Source: a virus
Lineage: Duplodnaviria > Caudoviricetes
IMG/VR virus record: IMGVR_UViG_3300032156_000011
Span: 1-56,408 of that record
Direction: 5' to 3' (one strand)
DNA length: 56,408 nucleotides
Shown here: positions 8,641 through 18,238 of the stretch, one piece after another
How the letters are laid out: the number at the start of each line of letters is the position of its first letter
Numbering within the stretch: the first letter of the stretch is position 1
Translations under genes and position numbers: made by a program
The notes under the pieces: generated by a model
Told to the model about the DNA's origin: nothing
Database searches by the model: none
What the model saw: the letters and a program-made list of their open reading frames with translations, nothing else

Positions 8641-9257
8641 ACGAGCAAGATTTGAAAGACGCCAAGAAGGATTTCCTGGACAAGATCGCTGAGGAAATAT
8701 CCGAGGTCCATTCTATTCAGAGAGGAGAAGAGAACGCATGCGCCTACGCGATGTACGAATCCGCGCACGCTACGTTGCGGCTGGCCCAGGCGACCTTGCT
8801 GGCCGCCGAACCGCAAGTGTGCGTAGGCGGGGAGTGGTCGCCGCCGATTGTCGGGGTGCGCGAGGTTGCCCCCGACAACGGGTGCGCGGCGCGGGTGCGG
8901 GAGTTGCTTGGCGTCCTGGACAATAGGACAGCGAGCAGTGGCATGACGACGGGGGACTTGAAAAACTTTGCCGAGCTAAAGCGCCTCGTTTTAGACATGC
9001 TCGGCAACCCCCTCTACTGGGCCGTCGAGATCGAGACGGCAGGGCGGGCCGCCGAGATCGCCGAAGTGCTGCGCGACTGGGCGCACGTTATTGCCCGCAA
9101 TGAGCATGACAAAGGATTGGCTACAGCGGCGTCCCGCAACCCACAGGTACGCAAGCAGGCGAAAGAACGCATCAGCGAGGCCGAGTTGTACGCCGATTTT
9201 CTCGACCGCATCGTTTCCTACTTCCAGAAAAAGGTCGGCGAGGAGCAGCCCGAGTGA
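8637..9257 (+). CDS. Hypothetical protein
   Basis: ATGA coupling, 206 aa. Confidence 0.7.
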   Translation: MNEQDLKDAKKDFLDKIAEEISEVHSIQRGEENACAYAMYESAHATLRLAQATLLAAEPQVCVGGEWSPPIVGVREVAPDNGCAARVRELLGVLDNRTASSGMTTGDLKNFAELKRLVLDMLGNPLYWAVEIETAGRAAEIAEVLRDWAHVIARNEHDKGLATAASRNPQVRKQAKERISEAELYADFLDRIVSYFQKKVGEEQPE

Positions 9258-9496
9258 TCCGCCAGCCCCGCCCCGGCCAGCGCGTGCGCCTTCACTACGC
9301 CGTAGCCCGCCAGCACTTCTTTGCACGCTGGCAGGACTGTACCGGCGTGGTCGAGTTCGTGGCGGGGTTTTCGTCGGCGAAAGTTGACGGGCGGCGGGTG
9401 CGGACACCGCGAAACGTCCAAGTCCTGCTTGACGACGGCAGGCGCACGGTATGCCCGCGAGGGAACCTGTACGCGGTAGGCGAGCGGGCGACTTGA
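9254..9496 (+). CDS. Hypothetical protein (SH3/KOW-like)
   Basis: PRPGQRVRLHY...GVVE...NVQVLLDDG. Confidence 0.6.
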   Translation: MIRQPRPGQRVRLHYAVARQHFFARWQDCTGVVEFVAGFSSAKVDGRRVRTPRNVQVLLDDGRRTVCPRGNLYAVGERAT

Positions 9497-9520
9497 CAGA
9501 ATCCGGGAAACCTGTATAAT
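9493..9520 (+). promoter_or_regulatory. Sigma70 promoter
   Basis: TTGACA-16 bp-TATAAT. Confidence 0.8.
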
Positions 9521-9617
9521 ATGAGTAGGCGCGGCGGAGTGGCGACCGCCTGAAGGAAGCGCCGAAACCTAGAGCAAGAGCGATACCATGAAAAAGTCAA
9601 AAGTTTGCAATCTCAGT

Positions 9618-9725
9618 CAAACAGCCCTACTTGTGGACGCTGCCTCGATCCTCTCTAGGAGGGTTCGGGGTCGCTCCCGGCCCTGTCGCTCAGGGTCGAG
9701 TCACGTCCGCAAGTAGGGCTGTTTG
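9618..9725 (+). ncRNA. Putative c4/CI-like antisense RNA (nested hairpin)
   Basis: 22-bp outer stem (one G-U pair); internal loops complementary to the upstream leader. Confidence 0.55.
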
Positions 9726-9741
9726 CTTTGAAAGGAGTAAA

Positions 9742-10023
9742 ATGACAATCCAACAGTGGGTAGAAAAGTATCTGGAAGACAACGGCGTTTTTTTCGATGG
9801 TGACCGCGCCGGTATCATGGGTGTGTTGAAAGCGCCCGGATATTTCCCAGACATGGATACCAGATGGGGAGCACGGTTTGAGGGTTACCCCAAGCAACTG
9901 TATGCAGTCTTGTTGCTGTATGTCAGAGATGCTGCGGTGTCCTGGATAGATGCAAACAAGCCGCAAGCATTCTATCGCGCATGTTTTGACGGCAGCTTGA
10001 CCGCGCAGGAAGTGACGCCATGA
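9742..10023 (+). CDS. Hypothetical protein
   Basis: AAAGGAG RBS then ATG. Confidence 0.75.
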   Translation: MTIQQWVEKYLEDNGVFFDGDRAGIMGVLKAPGYFPDMDTRWGARFEGYPKQLYAVLLLYVRDAAVSWIDANKPQAFYRACFDGSLTAQEVTP

Positions 10024-10435
10024 AAGCACTCGACCTGGTAGAGGCACGCCGCGCAGAGTTGGCCGCACAAGAGGCCGCCGAAAAGGAGCGCAGGCAGCAG
10101 GTAGAGGCCGAGCGGGGGCGCCTCGTCCGGGATGTCTACCAGCCGCAGGTCGTCGCGCTGCTGGTTGGACTTGGCCTGGACGCTGAAGAGATCGCGGCGG
10201 GGGTGTCCCTCACACCCCAGACGTGGTTCAAGGGCACCACACCTTACAGCAATGTGTACCCCTTGCTGTCAATTCCGGGATTCAAACGGATCGGCGTGTC
10301 GCTGCTTTTCCGAATCGGCAGCGGCTTAGAGATGGCCGAGAAAAGTCACCCGTTTTTCATAGCTGAAGCGGACTGGACCGCGAAAAGTTTCGACACCATC
10401 GCCGACGCTCTGTGTTTCGCGCAGGAGGTGAAGCC

Positions 10436-10439
<4 letters not shown>
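10020..10439 (+). CDS. Hypothetical protein
   Basis: ATGA coupling. Confidence 0.7.
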
Positions 10440-10950
<511 letters not shown>

Positions 10951-10954
<4 letters not shown>

Positions 10955-11385
10955 CCACCCCCACCACCCCCACCCCCACGACCTGGGGTGACGCGCTTCC
11001 CTGGGCGATTGAGCAACTTGACGCCAAGACCGCGCTGCCAGTGATGGCAAGCCTGTACGTCTCCCCCGCTGAACAACGACTGCTAGACCTGCGCCAACTC
11101 TTGAACTTCACGGAGGGGGCGTTCGGCGATGTCAATGCCGACTTTTACGAGTTGCGCGTTAGTATAGAGAGGATGGCGGGATTTCTGACGGGTGGATACA
11201 CAACGGCGGCGGCTGTCAGCGCATTGCGCGAGAGAATCCGCTTCCAAGTCGCAGACCGCGTGCGCCAGTACGTCGAGAGCGCCGCGTTGCTCGACGGCCT
11301 GCTGGCCGACCACGACTTGGCCGACTTGATTCAGGCCGACGACCTGGCTGGTTTCCAAGCGGCGGTTGCGGAGGTGTTGAAGTGA
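10951..11385 (+). CDS. Hypothetical protein
   Basis: GGAGG RBS, coupling. Confidence 0.7.
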
Positions 11386-11888
11386 CCGCGATGACTTGGG
11401 CGCAGGCGTTCAAGGAAGTACGGGAGCACGTCCTGGGGATCCCGGGACATGCAACGTGTTATCCGCTAGTTGACCTGTTGGCCGCGATTGATATACTGGA
11501 GCGCGAGATTGCCGACAGACAAAAGCGCGGCATACCGCTCCTCTCATTCGAGATGATGGCAGGAACTATCATGCGCCGTAGTAAACGCACTGGTGAGGAA
11601 CGGGGTAAGGTTTACGGTAGGGTGGGTATGGAAGTTGAGTTCGGAGACCCCGCCAGATTCGTTAAAAAATTGTGCGAGTGGGCAGACGACCAGGCGCAAC
11701 CGACGCCGACAAGTAAGCGTGATCGGTACGCTCTCGGCAGGATCGCAGCGGATCGGCTGGCTGAGTACAATGAGGCGCAGGACGCACAACCGACGCCGAC
11801 CTGCCTGCCGACCGGGGGGCGCGAGTGGGACCCGGACGAGCAGGGCGGTGAGCTGTTCGCGTGCAAACCGGGGAGGGTGATCGAATGA
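11382..11888 (+). CDS. Hypothetical protein
   Basis: Coupled ORF; internal AQPTPT repeat. Confidence 0.65.
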   Translation: MTAMTWAQAFKEVREHVLGIPGHATCYPLVDLLAAIDILEREIADRQKRGIPLLSFEMMAGTIMRRSKRTGEERGKVYGRVGMEVEFGDPARFVKKLCEWADDQAQPTPTSKRDRYALGRIAADRLAEYNEAQDAQPTPTCLPTGGREWDPDEQGGELFACKPGRVIE

Positions 11889-12286
11889 GCGATAGACTGG
11901 TTAAAATGTACGACGCGCTGGAAAGTGACCGGGACACAGTGCTGGCAGAGCGCGACGCCCTAGCCGCCCAACTCGCTGAGGAGCGGGGGCGGGCGCGGCT
12001 TGTCGAGAAGATTCTGCGCGCATTGTTGGAGGAGTTACACCGCCTGGACGCTGAAGGACGTGGCGGGTGGACGAACACGGCGAGGGACAATGCACAAATT
12101 GATCTGAGCGCCGTGCGGGAACACCACGGCTTGTACCGCTGCCCGGACGCGGATTCGTGCGTAAGTAAGGATTGCTGGGCATGGAGGAAACACGAGTGGG
12201 AGACAGCGTGTGGCGTTACCAGTGTTGATCGAAAGTGCCTGAAGGTAAACAAGCCATGCGTCCGGGTCCAGGACGGCGAGGAATGA
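11885..12286 (+). CDS. Hypothetical coiled-coil/Cys-rich protein
   Basis: ATGA coupling. Confidence 0.65.
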   Translation: MSDRLVKMYDALESDRDTVLAERDALAAQLAEERGRARLVEKILRALLEELHRLDAEGRGGWTNTARDNAQIDLSAVREHHGLYRCPDADSCVSKDCWAWRKHEWETACGVTSVDRKCLKVNKPCVRVQDGEE

Positions 12287-12423
12287 CGACGGGCGTACAG
12301 CGCGCGGGTGCAACTCCCGCGGCCCGTTTAGCCGCAAATCTCAGAAGCGGCGAGGTCGGGCGTCCGACCTGCAACTGCTGGCTGGCTACGCTCACGACGG
12401 CGCGGACGCCCGCGCCGCCGTAC

Positions 12424-12452
12424 TTGACACCCTGGGCAACTTGTGGTAGAAT
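12424..12452 (+). promoter_or_regulatory. Sigma70 promoter with extended -10
   Basis: TTGACA-17 bp-TAGAAT, with TGG preceding the -10. Confidence 0.8.
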
Positions 12453-12508
12453 GAGCGTGTCGGGGGAGAAATCCCCGGCTGGCCGTCGCGGGCCAAAAGA
12501 TACACGGC

Positions 12509-12593
12509 AAGGCGCTTTTTCCCTGCGCCGGTAGCCGTAACTGAGTGTGTCCAGTAACCGCGACCGGCAACCGACGTAGGGAAAAGGCGCTTT
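12509..12593 (+). ncRNA. Second putative antisense hairpin RNA
   Basis: 29-bp stem with three G-U pairs and two mismatches; loop complementary to the leader and to the downstream start codon region. Confidence 0.5.
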
Positions 12594-12613
12594 TGCGTCA
12601 AAGGAGCAAAACG

Positions 12614-12934
12614 ATGGACACATTGATTGACAAAGACGGATTCATTGCACTAAAACTTCCCCCTTCCCGGAATTGGGAGGAACCTTTTTGGAATGTGGAG
12701 GGGATTTTACCGGAAGGACTAGCCCTTCTTGCGGGTCGGCCAAAAGTTGGCAAGACCTGGCTGGCCTTGCAGATTGCAACGGCGGTTGCAGCGGGCGGGC
12801 TGGTTCTTGACCGGAAGGCAAATCAAGGGCGCGTGCTATACCTTTACTTGGAAGGCAGCGAAAGGCAAGCGCAAGGACGGCTTGCAGCGCAAAGGATGGG
12901 GGGCGGCCCTATACCTGAAGGAGATCAATGGTAA
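12614..12934 (+). pseudogene. Truncated RepA/AAA_25-type ATPase (N-terminal fragment)
   Basis: VEGILPEGLALLAGRPKVGKTWLALQIA...VLYLYLE, but the ORF ends after ~106 aa with no Walker B. Confidence 0.7.
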
Positions 12935-13926
12935 AGACAGTCACAGTTTTTGCGGCGCAATCAATAGCCGACGGGGAGCAGCGCGGGGCGACCATCATCA
13001 TAGGAGAGCCGTTCCCCGACGCCAGTACAGCCTGCTACGATGGCCCATTACAACACATGATAGATGCGCAGGCTATCGCGGACGCGCTGTGGGAAAACCT
13101 TCCTGGGGGGACACTCGACCGGCTGGTAGTGGCCCTTATGCAGCGAAAGTTGAGCCTTTACGTGAAGGCTTACCCGGACATGTTCCCTGAAACGGCAGCG
13201 CCACAGGTTGCGCCAGCCGAGCACAAACTGTTGGTTTGTGAGGCCGCGAGCCTTTGCTTGTGGATAAAGGACGGCGGTCGGCCTTGCGGACACGACACCC
13301 CCCATCACCGTACGGAACGTTGTTCGTGGATATGCTCTTATCATGACGGTGTGGGGGATTGCACCCCCTACACCCCGCCAGCCGCCCCCGCTGCGCCCCC
13401 GCCCCCCGCTTCCATTATTTCAGAAAGCAGCGTTGTCGGAGCCTTGTTTGACTTGGTACGGCTATCAAAAGTCGTCTTGTCCGGTCAGGACGTGAAGCCG
13501 GAATTTACGCAGGCTGTCACGCACGCTGACCACGTTCTCGACTTGGTTGGCGACGCACTCAGAGAGGGGGCGATACTTTACCCCGCAACAATTCCCGCTG
13601 CGCCCCCGTCGAGCGAGGTTGCGGCGGCGTTGCGCAATTTGGCGCATGCTGTCAATGCTTATGCCCCGCCTGGTACTGATGTAGCCATCATGGGAGCAAC
13701 GAGAGACGCAATCGCACTGCTAGGCCGCCTCGACGCAGGTGAGACGCCCGAGCCAGACTACCCCGCGCCCCGGTCGGTTGAGGATGCGGCGAGGATGGCG
13801 GAAGCGTTGCGGGATTGGTTCGAGGAAAAAGGGATGGGTAATACTGCCCGCAAAGCAAACGAGCTAGTTGCTCTGACAGAACTGACTCGGACGGAGACGA
13901 TGGCAAAGCAGGAGGCCGCCAAGTGA
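12928..13926 (+). CDS. Hypothetical mosaic protein
   Basis: GGAG RBS; Pro/Ala linkers between modules. Confidence 0.7.
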   Translation: MVKTVTVFAAQSIADGEQRGATIIIGEPFPDASTACYDGPLQHMIDAQAIADALWENLPGGTLDRLVVALMQRKLSLYVKAYPDMFPETAAPQVAPAEHKLLVCEAASLCLWIKDGGRPCGHDTPHHRTERCSWICSYHDGVGDCTPYTPPAAPAAPPPPASIISESSVVGALFDLVRLSKVVLSGQDVKPEFTQAVTHADHVLDLVGDALREGAILYPATIPAAPPSSEVAAALRNLAHAVNAYAPPGTDVAIMGATRDAIALLGRLDAGETPEPDYPAPRSVEDAARMAEALRDWFEEKGMGNTARKANELVALTELTRTETMAKQEAAK

Positions 13927-14915
13927 CCGCCGAATTGCCGCCGTTCACCCCCTCATTCGATTGGGTGCGGGATGGGTTGGGGGACACGTCCGCCAGGGTC
14001 TACGGCGCAGTGTTCCGGTTCTGCCAAATGCGCGAGGGTGTTTGCCGGGCAGGACTTGACGAGATCGCCCGGCGCGCAGGCGTATGCAGAAGGACGGCCA
14101 AGACCCACCTGGACTTGCTGGTAGACCTGAAGTGCATTGCCGACCAGACCCCCAATCTACGAAACCACCCCCACCGATACACGGTAGCGGGGTGTAAGAG
14201 ATTCACAGTGCAAGAGTTGCACAGTGCAAGGGCTGCATTGCTACAGTGCAAGAGTTGCACCCCCACAGTGCAACAGTTGCCTACTGACAGTGCAACAGTT
14301 GCACTAGAGGATACATACAACCAAGAGACGAGAGAAGAGACCGCGCCCCCCTCCCCTGCCGCCATTGACGATTTTCCATCTGACGAGACGCTGGCCGCGC
14401 TTCTACGGGATACCGAGGAACTTGAAAAGCGCAGACGTGACGCTGAGACCGTCAAGCGGTTCAAGGCAGATTTTCCCCCAGGCACAGTTGGCGACGGTCG
14501 GGGGATGCGTAAGGGAGACCGAACGCCATATCAAGAAGACCTGGAAAACCCCCTCGTTGCCGCCGTTTTCGATGCGCTGGACGGCTTGGACGACGTTCCA
14601 GGGGGGCTTATCACGCATACCGATGATGAACGGCGGGTGTGTTCCGAGAAGATAGTCAGGCGGTTCAGAGCGGTTACGCCTGAGCAGATAACCTGGGGCG
14701 TCCGGTTGTGGGGCGTCACCAACTGGCGCGAGGGGGCAACGACGCTGTACAGTAAGGGCGTTCCTGCTGAGATCGCGAAATCAATAGCCGCAATCGTCGC
14801 GGCTACAGGCAGGGGTGAGGACCCGGAGCAGGTCGTGCAGGCCGCGCAGGAGAGGGCGCGGGGTAAGGCCGGCCCCGCTGAGATACCACTTGCCGACCAA
14901 ATGAGGATGGTATGA
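13923..14915 (+). CDS. Phage replication initiator (N-terminal HTH)
   Basis: ARVYGAVFRFC...CRAGLDEIARRAGVCRRTAKTHLDLL; directly upstream of DnaB; contains iterons. Confidence 0.8.
   Translation: MTAELPPFTPSFDWVRDGLGDTSARVYGAVFRFCQMREGVCRAGLDEIARRAGVCRRTAKTHLDLLVDLKCIADQTPNLRNHPHRYTVAGCKRFTVQELHSARAALLQCKSCTPTVQQLPTDSATVALEDTYNQETREETAPPSPAAIDDFPSDETLAALLRDTEELEKRRRDAETVKRFKADFPPGTVGDGRGMRKGDRTPYQEDLENPLVAAVFDALDGLDDVPGGLITHTDDERRVCSEKIVRRFRAVTPEQITWGVRLWGVTNWREGATTLYSKGVPAEIAKSIAAIVAATGRGEDPEQVVQAAQERARGKAGPAEIPLADQMRMV
14205..14304. repeat. Putative replication origin iterons
   Basis: Five ACAGTGCAA copies at 14205, 14221, 14243, 14265, 14287; most extend to the near-palindrome GTGCAA(G/C)AGTTGC. 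Confidence 0.75.
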
Positions 14916-16225
14916 GCCAGTCAATAGCGCCCCCATCTGATCCGACTTTCGAGGAGCTCGTCATAGCCTCCCTGCTCCTCGACCCGACTGCCATTGCCGC
15001 AACCGCCGACCTGTTGAGCGCGTCAGATTTCTACGTCCACCAGAACGGTGCGGCGTTCCGGGCAATCGTGTCCCTGGACGCCAGCGGGCGCGACGTGGAC
15101 CCGGCTACCGTCCAGGTTACAATGGCAGCGGATGGGGTAGAGGTCGGCATGGATTGGTTGGCGCTATTGCTCGATTCTGTGCCAACCGCCCTGAACGTCC
15201 CGACGTATGCGAGACGGGTTGCTGATTTGGCCTACCGACGCCGGGCTATCGAGGCGATGTCTCAGGCCGTCGCGTTCGCCTATAACGAGAAGGCCGACCA
15301 GGGCCAGGTAGAGGCGGCGGTAGAGGGGGCAATGCGTGCGGCGCGGAACGGTACGTACACGGCGCGGGCAGCCTCGGCGCTGGAATCCGCCAACCTGGTG
15401 ACGGGGGCGGCTGAGGATTGGGCAGCCCACCCGCTGAAGCCTGGGCAGGTGCGGGGGATTTCGACGGGACTGGCCGACCTGGACACCCTGTTGTATGGGT
15501 TGGGAGTTGGATTGCATTTAGTAGCGGCGCAACCATCTGTCGGCAAGACAGCGTTTTGCTTACAGGTAGCCGCGAATGTGGCGACGGCTGGCGGGCGGGT
15601 GGTCTACTTCTCTTCCGAGTCCGGGCATGAGGATATTGCCATGCGCTTGATTTCTGGAAAATGTGGGATATACCTGAAGGACATTCTTAACGGTCTAGAT
15701 CATGAGGACTATCTGCGCTTTCTGGCGGCGGCGACGTGGTTCTCCGAATTAAGGTGGGAGACTATTGAGGGGGCTTTGTCGGCGCGGCAGATCGGGCGAG
15801 AACTGCGCATCCGGGGTGACGTGACGCTGGCCGTCGTGGACAATTTGGAAGTCACCACATCCGCCAGCGGAGGTAACGATAAGGATTATGTTAAACTGCG
15901 CTCGACGGCCTATGCTCTCATGGATGTGGCAAACGAGAATAGGTTGCCGCTTATCCTCACGATGCAGGCGGGGGTTAAGCAGACGGACAGTCGGCCAGAT
16001 CGCAGGCCAACTTTGGCGGACCTGTATGGCTCAGATGGGCCGGCGCAGGCTGCGCACGTCGTCCTGCTTCTACACCGCCCCGACCGCTGGCAGTTTGATC
16101 CCAGTCAGTTAAAACACGAAATTGAGGCGCAGTGCTGGAAAGACAAAATACACCACACTGGTCTTGGGCGCATGTGCGTTTTCCAGTTCTGGAAGCAGGG
16201 CCAGGTACGAGACAGGGCGAAGTAG
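14912..16225 (+). CDS. dnaB: DnaB-like replicative helicase
   Basis: N-terminal EELVIASLLLD...DFY; GISTGLADLD; AAQPSVGKT Walker A; RPTLADLYGSDGPAQAAHVVLLLHR. Confidence 0.92.
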   Translation: MSQSIAPPSDPTFEELVIASLLLDPTAIAATADLLSASDFYVHQNGAAFRAIVSLDASGRDVDPATVQVTMAADGVEVGMDWLALLLDSVPTALNVPTYARRVADLAYRRRAIEAMSQAVAFAYNEKADQGQVEAAVEGAMRAARNGTYTARAASALESANLVTGAAEDWAAHPLKPGQVRGISTGLADLDTLLYGLGVGLHLVAAQPSVGKTAFCLQVAANVATAGGRVVYFSSESGHEDIAMRLISGKCGIYLKDILNGLDHEDYLRFLAAATWFSELRWETIEGALSARQIGRELRIRGDVTLAVVDNLEVTTSASGGNDKDYVKLRSTAYALMDVANENRLPLILTMQAGVKQTDSRPDRRPTLADLYGSDGPAQAAHVVLLLHRPDRWQFDPSQLKHEIEAQCWKDKIHHTGLGRMCVFQFWKQGQVRDRAK

Positions 16226-16261
16226 CCGCATCCGCGACGGTCGTTTCCTGGAGGGGTAAAG

Positions 16262-16471
16262 ATGGCAACTTTTGACGCAGTTAGCAGCGTGGTTGTCTCC
16301 AACGTCTGCAATCGGTGCGGCGGGGAGATAACTATAACCACAAAGGCGGAGTTGAGCAACGGCGTGCTGTACGTCACGCAGTACGTCGAGCCGTGCAAGA
16401 CGTGTCAGCAAAGCGCGGCGTATGCTGGATACCAAGAAGCCTTTGAGGACGGCCAAGAGGGGGAGGGGTAA
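16262..16471 (+). CDS. Small Zn-ribbon protein (paralog of 16474-16671)
   Basis: CNRCG...VEPCKTC...EDGQEGEG. Confidence 0.75.
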   Translation: MATFDAVSSVVVSNVCNRCGGEITITTKAELSNGVLYVTQYVEPCKTCQQSAAYAGYQEAFEDGQEGEG

Positions 16472-16473
16472 AG

Positions 16474-16671
16474 ATGGCAAAGATCGAGACGACCGCCGTT
16501 GCAGAGTTTGAAGCGCAGTGCAACGAGTGCGGCGATACCCTAACCGTCACAGTTGAGGTAAAGCGTTGGGAAACAGTTGTACTCGTAGAGCCTTGCAGGA
16601 CGTGCCTCAGGCACGCCAAACAAGAGGGCTATGACGAGGGCCTTGAGGAAGGCCAAGAGGGGGAGGGGTAG
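16474..16671 (+). CDS. Small Zn-ribbon protein (paralog of 16262-16471)
   Basis: CNECG...VEPCRTC...EEGQEGEG. Confidence 0.75.
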   Translation: MAKIETTAVAEFEAQCNECGDTLTVTVEVKRWETVVLVEPCRTCLRHAKQEGYDEGLEEGQEGEG

Positions 16672-16674
16672 GCG

Positions 16675-17067
16675 ATGGGGCTGCCAACGATAGAACGAGA
16701 CCGCCCGGCTGACGTGGAGGACATGAGCCAGTGCGTCTTTATTGCTAATAAAAAGGTGCGCGTTAACACCTTCCTTGCTCGGCCCGACCCGGTGAAGATT
16801 ACCCGCCGCGTCTACATCTTCTGCGTGGAGTGTGACGACTGGTACCCCGTCGTCGCCTTCCAACGTCTCGATATGGTTTTTCGCCAGGGCGGACGGGTAG
16901 AGGTTGACCTGGGGCCGGCCCCCGGCGACTGGGAATTTCAATGCGCCAACTGTCGGGAGGACATTGGGTACATTCTGGAAAGAGGGTCGCCCGGAACCGA
17001 GACCAAGTTGATTGACGCCATTTTGGACAAAGAGGACAAGTGGACTTTGAGGATACGGAGGGAGTAG
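16675..17067 (+). CDS. Hypothetical Zn-finger protein
   Basis: CVEC...CANC. Confidence 0.7.
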   Translation: MGLPTIERDRPADVEDMSQCVFIANKKVRVNTFLARPDPVKITRRVYIFCVECDDWYPVVAFQRLDMVFRQGGRVEVDLGPAPGDWEFQCANCREDIGYILERGSPGTETKLIDAILDKEDKWTLRIRRE

Positions 17068-17072
17068 ACGCA

Positions 17073-17444
17073 ATGGAAGAGTGGCAAGTGAAACTGCAAG
17101 AGGTTGTCAGTCGCCTAAATGCGGCAGCCCGCGCCGCCGGGTACTCGGTAAAGTGCTACAAGCCGACCGGGACCGGGTGCGAGGTTCGGTACACGAATCT
17201 CCTAACGACAATCGAGGAGACGAGCAAGGTGTACCCGAATTTGGGCGCTGCGCTCGACGGCGAGATTGACAGGTTGGAGGAGAAGGCGAAACCGCTCCCA
17301 TTTTGTGCGTTCCCCGCGATGGGGTATTGGGAGATTGACGGCAAGCCTGTGTCTAGCAAAGAGGCGCAAAGCGGGTTGCACCCCCGCGCTATATGGCGGG
17401 AAACAGAGATAGCGAAAGCATACGGCGCTGGCAGTAGCCGGTAG
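17073..17444 (+). CDS. Hypothetical protein
   Basis: GGAG RBS. Confidence 0.7.
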   Translation: MEEWQVKLQEVVSRLNAAARAAGYSVKCYKPTGTGCEVRYTNLLTTIEETSKVYPNLGAALDGEIDRLEEKAKPLPFCAFPAMGYWEIDGKPVSSKEAQSGLHPRAIWRETEIAKAYGAGSSR

Positions 17445-17464
17445 CCGCACAGAAAAGGAGACAA

Positions 17465-17680
17465 ATGAAAACTGCAACGATAGTCAGAGAGGAAAAGACC
17501 GTGCCGGACGGCCAGAGCGAAATGTGCTGCGGCGGCCACAGAATCCTGCCCGGTGAGACCTACATCCTGTGGACGTTGGACGGGACGGACATTTCATTTG
17601 CGTCCCACTCCCCCGAATCCCCCATCGGCTTGGAATGTGCTGGACGCGCTGTTGAGGAGATATTCGATTGTGTGCGGTAG
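17465..17680 (+). CDS. Hypothetical protein
   Basis: AAAGGAG RBS. Confidence 0.7.
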   Translation: MKTATIVREEKTVPDGQSEMCCGGHRILPGETYILWTLDGTDISFASHSPESPIGLECAGRAVEEIFDCVR

Positions 17681-17701
17681 CCGCGAAAGGAGTTGACAAC
17701 G

Positions 17702-17908
17702 ATGCAGATATTCCAAGTAACAGTCTCCGAAGGAGATTGGACGTTCTGCCCAAGTGTTGCCGCCTTGACTGTTGAGGACGCCGTTTCCAGCGCGGTACGA
17801 GAATTTGAGGAGAGGCACGGCCCTCAGAGCAGTGAAATATTCGCCACTTGCGATGGCGTGCGATACTCCGTTTCTCGCCGAGTCGAGTACAAGGTGACGC
17901 GGGTATAG
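17702..17908 (+). CDS. Hypothetical protein
   Basis: AAAGGAG RBS. Confidence 0.7.
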   Translation: MQIFQVTVSEGDWTFCPSVAALTVEDAVSSAVREFEERHGPQSSEIFATCDGVRYSVSRRVEYKVTRV

Positions 17909-17927
17909 CCGCGAAAGGAGTTGATAC

Positions 17928-18176
17928 ATGACAGAGTACGGCGTTACGATAATAGAAGGTGGGGAGAGTGTGGTTGTTAAACGTGCGGCCAATTCGCTAG
18001 AGGCGGCGTGTAAGGGAGTAGAGGCGATAGACAGGAGAAACGCAAAACCCTACTTGGCAATGAATGGCGAAATGGTAGTGGTTGAAGTTTCGTGGGTATC
18101 GCCACAATTGGGAGAACGGGGGCGCAAAACGTACACCATTAAGTGTGATATGCTCCCAACTTACTGGGAATATTGA
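17928..18176 (+). CDS. Hypothetical protein
   Basis: AAAGGAG RBS. Confidence 0.7.
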   Translation: MTEYGVTIIEGGESVVVKRAANSLEAACKGVEAIDRRNAKPYLAMNGEMVVVEVSWVSPQLGERGRKTYTIKCDMLPTYWEY

Positions 18177-18238
18177 TTCATGGTTTGCATAATAGGAGAA
18201 TATGCGGAGCATGAATTATACAAGACAAAAGGAGAAAA

